DNA of 64,000 nt, from assembly GCA_964270895.1 (NCBI GenBank), contig OZ185438.1; one strand, 5' to 3'. This document shows positions 48,030-59,576 of the stretch, one piece after another (positions within the stretch are counted from its first letter, which is position 1; every line of letters begins with the position of its first letter). The notes beneath the pieces are model-generated. The model searched no databases, was not told the DNA's origin, and was given only the letters and a program-made list of their open reading frames with translations. This DNA is from Podarcis filfolensis. Taxonomy: Eukaryota. Made by a program: the position numbers and the translations under genes.

Positions 48030-49742
48030 CCCCATAGACAATCTGAAATCCAGGACAAGTAACGAGGTAGCCAGGTTTATGGATAACATCCAAATCCTTC
48101 AGACTGTTAAAATCCCAAGTAGACTATGAAGAACTCCAAGATGGGCAATTGGCCGACAAGATGGCCAACAGGATTCTATCTAAGTGCAAAGTGATGCACA
48201 CTGGGGCACAAAATCCTAACTTCGTATGATGGGAGCTGACCTAGCAGTGACCAACCAGGAAAGATCCAGGGATCATGGCAGACAAATCAATGTGGGGGGG
48301 ACGGACGGACCCAACTCAGTCAGTGTGCACAAGTACAGTGGTACTTCGGGTTAATAACTTAATTCATTCTGGACGTCTGTTCTTAACCTGAAACTCTTCT
48401 TAACCTGAGGTACCACTTTAGCTAATGGGGCCTCCCACTGCCGCTGCGCCACCACTGCGCAATTTCTATTTCTGGGTTAGGGGAGTCTGTAATCTGAAGC
48501 GTCTGTAACCCGAGGTACCACTGTATTGAAAGAGGCAAAGTCAACTTGCCACTCTGGGTATTCACTGCAGTCATATGTGGACAATCGTGCAAGAAGGAAC
48601 AGAGACGGGCTTGCATGTCTTTGCCCTCTCCAGTACATCACCTTTATCCTTTTTGCAACCCTCCATGGACTTGAGGGGAAAATTCTAAAGCAGGGAACCC
48701 TCCTCCATGCAAGAAGGCTCCCAGCATGACGTAGAAACGGCAGGGTTCTGAGCTGTACATAAAGCCTCCATGAGTAGCTAGGTGAGGCTCCCTGCTTCAG
48801 ACTTTTGCCTTCAAGTTTGTGGAGGGCTGTGAATAGGGTGAGGTGACACACCAGCCTCTACATCACTGTTTACATGCAAGTGTGCCGAACAAACAGGGCT
48901 AGAAGTATAAGCCTTTCAGGGTATAAAGCCTTACAGCCTTTACGGATATTTGTGGTGGGGCCACCTTTGGAGCACTGCATGCAATTCTATTGCCCCATCT
49001 GAATAAGGAAACTATAGAATTGGAAAAGGTACACAGAAGGGGGACAAATTCCTTACCAGGATAAAGACTTTTAAAGTTGTGAATAGTTTGAAGAGGGTAT
49101 ATGTTTTTTAAAAAAAGTATCTCCACTTCTCAAAATACTAGAGTTTAATATTGCCCAATGAAATGAATCAGAAGTCAATTCAGACCTGCCAAAGTAAATA
49201 CTGTACAAAAGTAAATTTATGGAACTCACTGTCACAGGATGTGGTAATGCTACTAAATAGGATGGCTTATAGAGGATATCACAGCTCCTTCACATGATAG
49301 CTAAATGGAACCCCCATTTTCAAAGGCCAATGTACCAGAATATTTTCTGCTGCCAGCTGGAGACCTACTTTTTCACCCAGGCATTTGTGGGTATTAGTGC
49401 CAGTAAGACTCCTATGCTATCATTTGTGCAGTGCTGCTTGTTGTGTTGATTTATTGTCTGCTCCCCTTTTTGTCTTATGGAATACTGCAATTTTTATATA
49501 TTATTAATTGTATCTCACACTGGGTTTGTTTGTCAATGATGAGCAGGCCACTTATATTTTTTAAAAATATTATTATTATTACATAAATACCAGAGTCTGG
49601 GGACAGCTGTGTTGCCTTCCTGCCCTGCTTGTAGATTTCCCAAAGGCATCAGTCTGACTACTGTTGAAAGAGAATGCTGGACTAAACGCATCTCCCCCCA
49701 CCCCCAGTCTGGTCCAGCACTGCACTTCTTAAGGTCTTATTA
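48030..49742 (+). mobile_element. Old fragmented CR1 LINE 3' portion, interrupted by younger insertions
   Basis: Degenerate CR1 ORF2 motifs: AAGTGCAAAGTGATGCAC (KCKVMH), CCACCTTTGGAGCACTGCATGCAATTC (PHLEYCVQF-like) and GAATTGGAAAAGGTACA (ELEKV). CR1-like 3'UTR end at 49585-49742. Confidence 0.75.
48336..48523. mobile_element. Tigger-like MITE family A, copy 2 (internally deleted, 188 bp), nested in the CR1
   Basis: TA|CAGTGGTACTTCGG...CCGAGGTACCACTG|TA. About 38 bp shorter than copies 1 and 3. Confidence 0.9.
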
Positions 49743-49966
49743 TAGGCTGTGCATGCTCAGATCTATATATACAGACATCAGAAATAAAACCAGCACAGCC
49801 CCAAATATAGTGCCCCATCAAAGAGGGCCATTACAAGCCCCCAGGAATCTGTCAATCCCTGTCAATAATCTGGGCTCCAAATCTCACTTTCTATGAATGT
49901 GGGTTTAATGTGGCTTAGATATCCCTGGTTGAATTTATGCAGGGAATTATTATAAGCTACGCTGTT

Positions 49967-49989
49967 TTTGTTTGTTTGTTTGTTTGTTT
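49967..49989. repeat. (TTTG)n microsatellite
   Basis: Read directly. Confidence 0.9.
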
Positions 49990-51056
49990 AATGCTTGGGT
50001 AGTTTCAATCCATCCTAAATATTTACTCTGAAGAAAGCCCCAAGGATTTTAATGGAAACTACTTCCAAGGAAGTGTGCATAGGATGGCGGATATGACCTA
50101 CTTCCAAGCAAGCAAGTTTGCTTCTCTAAGCCTGCACCCCCTCCTGCATTTAATAACACCACTGAAGTCTTCTGAAAAGCCTAAGCAAGATTGTCTTCAT
50201 CTAAGCCTACAATTCACTTCCTTGATGGAAAGCACAACCTTGCAGTGCAAAAATAGACAACATCCGCTTACTTCTTACCCCCCCCCCCACCAAAACAAGC
50301 ACAAAGTAAATATAGCCTGAACTCTACCAATTCACTTTACTTCACTTTTCAAGAGCCTCCCATCCTAAGGGCAGCCACAACTGCAATTTTGTTCAGATGT
50401 GGGAAACTGTTTTATTCCTGTTCACTAGAGCTGTACCCTTCGATAGAAACATTAAGTCGGCATGCTCTCCCTTCTTAAACAAAAGAAATAGCAGCTGAGT
50501 AGACTGTTCTTGAAGTCTGACAAGTATCCCAGTTTGTGCATTTTTAGGATTCTGAAGTTGCAGTCCTTTGCACACTTCTTTAAGGAGAAGGCTTAACTGA
50601 GCAAAGTGGGCCTAGCTTCTGAGTAAAACAGGATCTTTGCGTGCTGCCGTAGCCCCCTGGACTGACTAGTAGCAGAATGCTTTCAAGTTAAACAACAGCA
50701 CACAAATGAAAGCACTGAGGTTTAAGACATCAGCCCTCCAGACCTGGATGGAAGCCCCAGTTATTTTAGCGGGCCTTCCTTCCAACTAATTTGTTTATTA
50801 TTTAGGTGTTAGAGGAGTGACCAGGTTTTTTGTTTTGTTTTTGTTTGTCTCAGTTTATGATAGGCAGGCATTATGCTCAAGGATCCCACCTAAAGCTAAA
50901 ATCGCATATAGTCAAAACATATAGGGTGCAATGGTGGATGGGATTGCGAAAGTCTTTCTGTCCGGACACACACACTCTTTCCATCCCCTTTTAATTCCCA
51001 CACACCCACCTCAATTTTTTTGCTAATATGAATGCCCACAAGTTAAATGTGCTTAA

Positions 51057-51140
51057 ATTGCAATGTAACTGTACTGAGAAGCTAGTCCCATGGCCTTAAT
51101 TAAAGCTTACTCCCAGAAAAATGTGCACGGGACTGTAGCC
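51057..51140 (-). mobile_element. Short palindromic MITE family, copy (more decayed copies near 43925, 45052, 46410, 50005 and 51167)
   Basis: ...GCTTACTCCCAGAAAAATGTGCACGGGACTGTAGCC|TTA. Confidence 0.6.
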
Positions 51141-51279
51141 TTAGACACTAAATAAAGCAGGTCAAAGCTGCAATCCTATCCATACTTATTTGAATGAACA
51201 CACACACACACCCGAATGAACAAGCTTGCATAGGATCCAACTGCACAGAGAACATTTGCGAAGTGTCCCCAATATAAAT

Positions 51280-52879
51280 GGTCAACGCTGTTTCGTGGCT
51301 TCTTTTGCACGTGTGTTCCAGAGAGCGGCTGCAGCGCACTTTGGGAGGAAGTGGGGTGCCTCCCCTCCCCCGCCCAGCTCTCCTGCTGCTACTAAATTAA
51401 GGCGATACAAAGTGCACGGAATGCTTTCCTCTAAGGAGATGTGCCGCAGAGCGGAACAGTCACCCACCCCCTTTCCTAACGGTTCGCTGACTACACTCAA
51501 CTCTCCGCACAGCCAGTTTCCAGGGAAGCGACTGCTGCCGGATTCTGTATTTTTCTCCTCTAATTGCCTTATGATCAAATTAAAACCTTGTCCTTGCCTT
51601 CTGGAAGACAAGACTCACTCGCGATCCAATATATTCTTTTTACTTAATAACGTATGAGAGGACACGGCCGAAATTCCATCAAGGGTCGGAACTCTTCCAA
51701 GGGACTCGCGCGGGTTTCCACGGTGGGATCTCTCAGGATTCCCACTCTCGCTCTCTGGAGCAGAGCCGGATAACGTTCAAAGCGACCCGAGCCACGTCCC
51801 TCTTCCTCCAAGTCCCACAGTTCTAAAAATAGACGCCTAGCTAAGAACCCAGGAGTTTAGCAGGTCTTTGACGTTTGTGCCTAGACATTAAATTTAGTTT
51901 AATTTAGCTTCCGGTGTTTAATTTTAGCCAGTCTTCCCCTTCCCCGCCCCCTTCTCTCCCTCTCATGCAAATCAATATGGCAATTACCATCTAAAAGCTT
52001 GCCCAGCCCCAGGTCAATGTAAATTGATCATTGTCCGCCTCCTACAAAATAACACCGGGAGTCTGTGGTGCATAATGAGATTATACTGGAAAGCGTCTTG
52101 CAGATCACGAAATTATATTTCATGCAGCCAAAGGATCGTCTTCCACGCGGGCTTCCTCCTACCTGCCCTCCTCACAGCACCGCAGCGGATGAAATGGGCC
52201 AGGTGTGTGTGCATAATTTAAATGCAAGCGGAAGGGCCAGGAAATGAGCTGCTGCCGCAGCTATCACCGCTTTTCTGCCCTGGCTTTCTAATCTTTGACA
52301 GGTAACCAGGAGGCAAGAACCGCGTGCATAGGTTTCTCAAGTGATGAGGAATTTTAGTTTAGCCGTGTGTGTTGCCTAAGCTGCAAAGTACTTTGGTTCC
52401 CTAGCAAATAAGGAAAACGAAGACGCTTCAAGAGGACAAGCTGATTTTCTACGCGGTGTGGATGGGGCGGGGGGTGCTGCTGCTCGCTCCTTCGACTTGG
52501 TGGCCTCCTTGCTTTCTGCCCGAAAGACAGCTCATCCATTAAGGAAGAGTCAGCGCGCACGCCAGAGGAGCCCTTGTGAAACATTCGTTAACTTTTGCCA
52601 GGAAAGCACGCCCCGGCTGCTTGCTCGCTCGCTTGCGATTCAGGGCCCGACAGTTGAACAGGGCCGAGGAAAAGGGAGGTCGCTTCAGCGTAATTCTCGT
52701 TTATCAGCCCGGCTTGGGGGAAAGGACACACAAGGATTAAACGCAGCCAGCGCTGCTCGCGGAAATGGGAACTCCCCCTGTCTGCAAACGAGGCCTCCGC
52801 TCCACGCTCGAGTCAGGGAGGGCTCTAGCGTTCTTCCTCCCTCCCACCCCACCTCCTTCGGATGTAGTACACACACACA

Positions 52880-52927
<48 letters not shown>

Positions 52928-53250
52928 GACGTTAGTCTGGCTCTCTGGAAAGAATCTGCTTGATCTATTTAACTGGCTAGTGCAACATTGCGCGGAGAGG
53001 AAGGAAGAGGAGGAACATACGCACCCACCCACCGCCTCCCCTCCTCCCCACCTCCTCTCTCCCACCCTCGCTACCACTAGCATTTATTTTTAACAAGCAA
53101 GCCCAGCAGGCGAAAGCACCGGAGGCTGCGGTGCCGATCGTGTTGCATGGCTGTTTGTGAGGCCTCCCTGGAAATGGAGGGCTAAACGCGAGATGGTGCG
53201 TTGCGCCGCGACGCCTGGTATGTAAACCAAGCAAGCAGCCGCTGAACAGA
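51280..53250. promoter_or_regulatory. CpG-rich block 3 with homeodomain/octamer/SOX motif clusters
   Basis: Raised CpG content, plus TAATTTAG repeats, ATGCAAAT at 51965 and CATTGT at 52029. Confidence 0.55.
52869..52924. repeat. Compound (AC)7(GA)21 microsatellite
   Basis: Read directly. Confidence 0.95.
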
Positions 53251-53274
53251 AGCCGGGACAAGTCTGCTGTACAG

Positions 53275-53343
53275 GATAGATAGATGATAGATAGATAGAT
53301 AGATAGATAGATAGAGATGATAGATGATAGATAGATAGATAGA
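53275..53343. repeat. Interrupted (GATA)n microsatellite
   Basis: Read directly. Confidence 0.95.
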
Positions 53344-53648
53344 AAGGGGCCTGATCCAAGGGGGCTTCTGAAATGCTTCAGTTCATTTCTACATTCGGTT
53401 AACACCTTCCAACCCACAGCAAAAGCCAGACAATTAAAAATAAATAAATCAGAGGGCTTATTTTAAGAAGGAGGGTTGTCTCCAGCCTAGTCCCCAACTC
53501 AGCTATAACTAAATGCCTTTGCCCCAGCTGACCATTAAAGCCTTTATCAGAGACGTAACTTCTGGTGGAGAGCTGGTGTTGTGTAGAAAGGAGTGTTAGG
53601 TTGGAAATCTTCTGCTCAAATCTCAGCTCGCCTAGTAGGAAGTCACTA

Positions 53649-53806
53649 CTACACATATCATGCCTTAAAAGCACATATGAAGCACCCATTCCCAAGTATC
53701 CTGGGAACTGTAGTTTACCCTCTCAGAGCTACAGTTCTCAGCAGTTTTAACAAACCACAGTTCCCTGGATTCTTGGAGGTGCGTACCTTAAATGTATGTT
53801 GTGTAG
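53649..53806. mobile_element. Palindromic MITE
   Basis: 25-bp inverted arms at 53692-53716 and 53752-53776 (3 mismatches), with outer CTACACA...TGTGTAG ends. Confidence 0.65.
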
Positions 53807-53809
53807 GCA

Positions 53810-53902
53810 GCCTAGGTGACCTTGGGCAAGCCAAGCACAATTCTAGCCTACATTACAGAGGTGTTATTAAGGAATACTGAGGATGTGCTTAAAGCACTTT
53901 TG
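53810..53902 (+). mobile_element. MIR/CORE-like SINE fragment
   Basis: GGTGACCTTGGGCAAG...CAGAGGTGTTATTAAGG...TTAAAGCACTTT. Confidence 0.5.
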
Positions 53903-54030
53903 AGGGTTCAAAATGGCTGCGCAAGTTGCCTCTGATAAAATGCACAGGACACTTTAGGAACGAGGTCTTGCGATATAAGGTCTTTTGGGTTTCTCATCCT
54001 CCCTCCAAGGAGCGAATAGCTAAACTACTA

Positions 54031-54256
54031 CAGTGGTACCTCAGGTTAAGAACTTAATTCGTTCTGGAGGTCTGTTCTTAACCTGAAACTGTTCTTATCC
54101 TGAAGCACCACTTTAGCTAACGGGGCCTCCTGCTGCTACTGCGCCTCCGCTGCACGATTTCTGTTCTCATCCTGAAGCAAAGTTCTTAACCCAAGGTAAT
54201 ATTTCTGGGTTAGCGGAGTCTGTAACCTGAAGTGTATGTAACCCGAGGTACCACTG
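54031..54256. mobile_element. Tigger-like MITE family A, copy 3 (226 bp)
   Basis: TA|CAGTGGTACCTCAGG...CCGAGGTACCACTG|TA; the interior is collinear with 13758-13982. Confidence 0.92.
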
Positions 54257-57200
54257 TATGCTGATATCACCTTCTCCTCATCACGCAGATAACCGTATAC
54301 AGAGGCGGAGGGTGCCCCTTCAAGACTAAAGTGGAGAAATGAATTTTCCAAATTTACACGGGACACTCCAGCCGCTAAACCAAATGTGTTTTGAAGCCGG
54401 GGGTCTTTTGACTGGCCACAACAGAAAACAGGCGTTGGCTGGCCTTGAAAATGGGCCTTGCTCTCTTCTTCCTGAAGTTAGGCAAGCCACCCAAAAAAAT
54501 ACTCCCTGCATCATAGTGTCTGTGGGGAGCTCCCTTTTCAACCCTCCTGTTTACAGAACGCTGTAGGAAGCCTGTGGCGATTGCAACAGGGACTTTTAAA
54601 TTAGAAGTGCAAACTGGCCGGATGAAAGTGGGGGGAGGAGAGAGATGTAGCGGGACTCTAAGCCCCATGCCCTGAGCCCCTAAACACCTACAGTAAAGCC
54701 AGAGATTGCTCGCTGCTCCTTCAGTATTTCTGCAGCTGCTACAGTTATTTAGAGCCAAGGGCATGCGAAGCGCTGTGGAAAACACTGAAATAAAGGGGGG
54801 GGCGGGAAATCCCATTAGAGGGAAAAGGCTAGGCTGGGAAAGGGGGAGCGAGATGCTCCCAAAGCAAGTACTTCGAAGCAGCGCCACGTTGGACTGCCCA
54901 CAGCAGGTTAGCCCTTAGATCCTAAACAGAAGGAGGAGTGAGGAAGCCATCAGATTTCCAGGAGAGAAAACTTCCACAGGCGCAACCCGAGGCCCTGAAA
55001 TGGACGGGGTTTGCTTCCATCTACTATCTTTAGAATCCAGGCGCTAGCTGCTCCGCCGTTTACGACTCCCTGGAAAGGCTTCCTGTGCCTGCGATCCAGG
55101 AGGCGCTTAAATTACGTCTGTGCAGCGAGGCCCATTAACGTCGCAAAGGGAGCTTAACCGGCTTAAGCGCAAGGGTGTGGGAAATGCAGCCGCAGGGACT
55201 GAGGCTTGATTAGATGATCGGATTCTCACCCCCCCCCCCCCACACACACACCCGCTCCTTCCCATCCCTGGCTCGCTCGTTCTCCTAGGTGTATATATTT
55301 AGCTAGCAGACACCCAGAGGGGTTTAAAAAGACTCCGAGTTCCCTCCTCCCACAATCATGCAGCAAACACGTTCAAGAAGAACTGCTTGCAGGCAGCAGG
55401 GGAGCAACCGAGACTCTCATCTGCGTGGTTGATTACAGCCCTAAAACGGACGACGTGTAATTTCAGTTCTCGCTCCAGATCGTGGGCTTGATTTCCAGGG
55501 GCCCACTTATCCGAGGGAGGGAGGGAGCAAGCAAGAAGAGGGGAGAGGGGAGGAGGGGGGGGAGAGACGCTGTAGGCTTTATTTGTCCTCGTCCCTATTA
55601 GCTATGCAGCCAATCTATCATTTCCGGCGGTGCTTCCATCTAATTACCGATGTATTTAGATGTGACGTGCAAAGAACTGTCGAGCTGCCTGCTTGGCTCT
55701 GCGCGGACTCCTCGTCGGGAAGCTTTCCAGCGAGGGCTAGAGCGCTGCGAGCCAGGGCTCCAGACAAAGAGGGAAAGAACTGAGCCGCGTCGCGGGCAAA
55801 TCCAACGCAAAGCAGCTTTCCTCCGGGGTGATAAAGGGCCAGAGAACCTCATTCGGGGGCAGCCGATGTCTGTGGGAAGGGGGGGAGGGGAGCTATTCCG
55901 CAGAGAAGGGCTTTGCTCTTCCCCTCCCACCCACCAGCCCTTCTCACAGAAAGGAGACCCCAAACAGAAGCGCGCACAGAGAGCCAGAGCCCCCGTTTGC
56001 TTCTGTCAAGTCTAATGTGTCTTAAGGCAGCCGCAGGTAAGTTTTGCCCCGGCTCTCTCCGCTTATATTGACCAAACACAGGTGAGGCTCGCCCAGCCCC
56101 GTCGTATGGAACAAAGTCAGTCCCTACAAAGCACCCACACCACCAACTACCCATTTCTAAGAAAGGGAGAGCTGGATTCTGCTCCTAAGGTTTTTCGCCT
56201 GGAGGTCTTTGGCCGGAGTGGCTCCGAATTCTCCGCTCTGGCTTTGTCCTTGTGAGCTATTCCTCCCTCCTCCCCCCCCCTCCCCAGAATGGAGAAGAGA
56301 GCGCTGAGTGGATCTCCTGCTCCAACTCGACCCCCACCCCTTCTTCTTCCTCCTCCACCACCACGCCTGGCTCGCCTTGTGCTTCTCTGTGCTTGCCTGG
56401 CTCTGCCCCAACAGGACACGGGGTTAAGCGCGCTCAGCGGAGTTCCCAAACGAGGAAACTTCTGGGAACGGAAGAATCTGGCACTCGGCTAGAAAAGGAG
56501 GTTCCTGATGGTGGGAAAGTGATCTTCACGGAGCATCGAGAGCAGCCCGAGGGATCGCGCCTCGGTCTCTTCCCCTCCCCCTGGAGAGAGAAGATTTCTG
56601 CAACTGCCAGCCTCAACCCTTCACGCAGAAAAATCTACCTCGGTTTCTGACTCCTGAAGGGTTAACACACACATCCACACGCACCGAATCTCGCGGTGAC
56701 CTTTTCCTTTGCGACTCCCCCACTCTCCCTTTCAGGCTCCGGTTCTTCCGCTCGCAGGGAGCTTGGACGGCTGTCTAGACCGATCTATCACAGGCGAGCG
56801 AAACAATACCGGTGGGGGGGGGGGGAAGCCGCCTTCCCTTTTCTCTCCTCCTCCTCCAGCACCGCACCTCACCTTCGAGATGAAATGGGGTAATAAAGAA
56901 CCATCATCCGCAGTACCAACAGCTGGTGGGTTTGCAGAGACCCCTGAGACAGCCCACCCTCATGGCTGACAAACGGGGTTTTGTCTGTCCCTGTTTAGCG
57001 CACGCTAAATGCGCGCGGCACGTTTTGTGTCCCGCAGTTGCCCTGGGCGAAGGGCCTGGGCTCCCCTCGGAGAAAGTGTGGAGAAAGAGGGAGAGAGGCA
57101 AGATTCCAGGCCTTCCAGAGAGTGGAGAACTTAATCATTGCGTCGGAAGGGCTGGTTCCCAGATTCCACTCTTCTTTGCTTGTCCAAAAACTCCTTGACT

Positions 57201-59506
57201 CTATCTGACCCCAGCTCGAAAACGAAGCAGTTTCCGGCTTAGTAGATGGAAAGGCCGATTCTGCAAAGAGCTGGGAAATAGCTAATGGGATGTGCGACTC
57301 ATTGATCCAGAGGATACTTCCTAATTAACTCCCAGTCACCAATTCAAAGATCTCGTCTACTGTGGCAAACCTTGCGGGATGGAGGGCGGGGAGGAAATTC
57401 CAAGTCCTGCTTTTTACGGTCCGCCGAAAAGCCATTAAGGTTGTCTTGTTCGCAAAAAGACAAAACCCACCAGCTGCCACTTAAAACACCTATATAACAT
57501 CCCCATAAGGCCGGTAAAGAGGAAACAGACAAACAGACAAAACCTTAATTGAGTCCAGTCCTCCTGGCCTGCTTTACTCCAGAGCAGTTCCACTGGCCTC
57601 AATTAAGGGAGCACAAGGCAAGGGACGGGAGCTTTTATAACCACCAGGCCCTGTCGCGAGGGCACCGCATCCCGCAGGCATGTCTGCCAGCACCAACATT
57701 GCCTAGACGGAACTGTGTGTGTGCGCGTAAGAGAGAGAGAAAGAGAGCGCAAAGCTGGAAGCAGCCGCCTCCAGGAGCGGGACTCCCAAGATTAACAGCA
57801 TGCAAATATGGCGGGGGGGGGGGGAGTGGGAGCCGATCCACTTCGGCAATGCTGAATGCAGACACCACCCCCACTCCCCGGGGACAACTTAGTTTGGCCT
57901 CGGGGCTCTGTCTCCAAGGTCCCAGGGCGATCTTGCAAGGGCGCTTCGCTTTACTCCCCTTACACTGCGGGAGGGGAGAAGTCTCACTCTCCTTATCTCT
58001 GCTGGCAGATAGTCTTCGTGGGGCCCGTCTAAGGAGCCCTTTGGCCTAGGCCTCATGGAAAAGTTTACAAAAGCTTGACAGATCCAGCCCGCGCGACCAG
58101 AACGAGTGCAGACCGCCCTTTTGCCAAGGGAGGCGAACGCGAAGCTGCGGGGCTTCCACCGAGCAGATGGAGAGCCGAGGAGGGAATTGCTCGGGAGAAT
58201 TAAATACGGAAACAAGCTCCGAGGCGATTGCCATTAAAACACCAGCACGTATTTCCCTCGCAGCTTCTGATTCAAGGGGTTTTGGGGTTTTCCGATCTAC
58301 GCTTCCCTCCACTCTCTCTCCTCCCTCCCCCCCCACCGCTTCCTTCCACCCACATACCTCGCTTTTCTGAATCTGAGACGCAGCCGGCGAGGCAGAAACG
58401 AAAGGCGAACGCTTCGCAAAGCTAGAGATCGCCCCCGGACTGGCTTCGCAACAAACAAGCTACGTGCCTCAGATGCCGAGCGCAAGCAACCCCGGAGTTG
58501 GCTAGGGTTTTCCACCCAACAGCCTCCGCCATCCGCTCCTGGGAGGCAAGTTCTCAACCTCCCCGGAGCCAGAAATGAAAGGTGCAAAGGACGCCCGAAA
58601 TTCCTAACGGCGGCGCTGGACCTCTTCCCACCCCCACCCCAGACTAGCAACACAAAGTCTTTGAACTGGAACCACCAGCTCTAGCACATCGCCTCTCCGC
58701 CGCCCCCGAACCTTCTCGTTTATTCTCCCTCCCCCTCCCCAACCCGCTCAACCGACTCCAACACCCCCCTCAAAAAAGTGGCCTCGAAAACAACCGGGAA
58801 GAAAACCTCCCACAGCCTCCGCAGTCTTGTTCCAAGAGCGTTTAGAAAAGCAACAAATACGCCCTACACACGCACCGAAAGCGAGAGCCTCTTTTTACCT
58901 CAATCACGTTGGCTGTCTCTTCCCGGTACTCATCTTTGAACTTCGCTGCCGGTGGGCCAAAAGGAGAGCCAAGCAGCTCTCCAAAAACGCTACTTTCCCC
59001 TCCACCCACTCTCCCCTTTCCCCCTGGGAGCCCAGAAGTGGCGGCTGCCAGAGGTGGGGCTTTTATAGCCCTTTCCAAATCCGAAAGATAAAAGAGGAGC
59101 GAGACGCCGGGAAGCCTCTTCTCTCGATCCCCCTCCACCCGCCACCTCCTTCCTGCTGGAGCAGACAGAGCGCGACCGGCAGCTTCCCCTTTCCTCGTCG
59201 CTCTCTCGCTCGCTCGCTCGCTCCCCCCCCCCCCCACCTCGCGCCTCTCCTCACAACCCTGCAAACTTCAACAAACCCGCGCAACACACCCGCCCCTCGG
59301 AGCACTCCCCCCACCCGACGCCTCCGCGTCCCGCCTCTACCCGGCCAAGGCGCATTCAGGCGGTGACCGCTGTGCTCGCGAACATCTCCCTCGCCTCCAC
59401 GCCGCCCTCCTCCTCGGAGCCCGGATCGTTTCAGGTTGAGAGACATTCTGGCAACGATCCCAACCGAGGAGAGGCAGGCTGGGACCAACGCGCGCGCTCT
59501 CTCCTA

Positions 59507-59576
59507 CGCGCGCACACACACACACACACATACGCACGCACGAACACACACACACACACACACACACACAGAGAGA
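59507..59576. repeat. Compound (CG)/(CA)n repeat
   Basis: Read directly. Confidence 0.9.
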
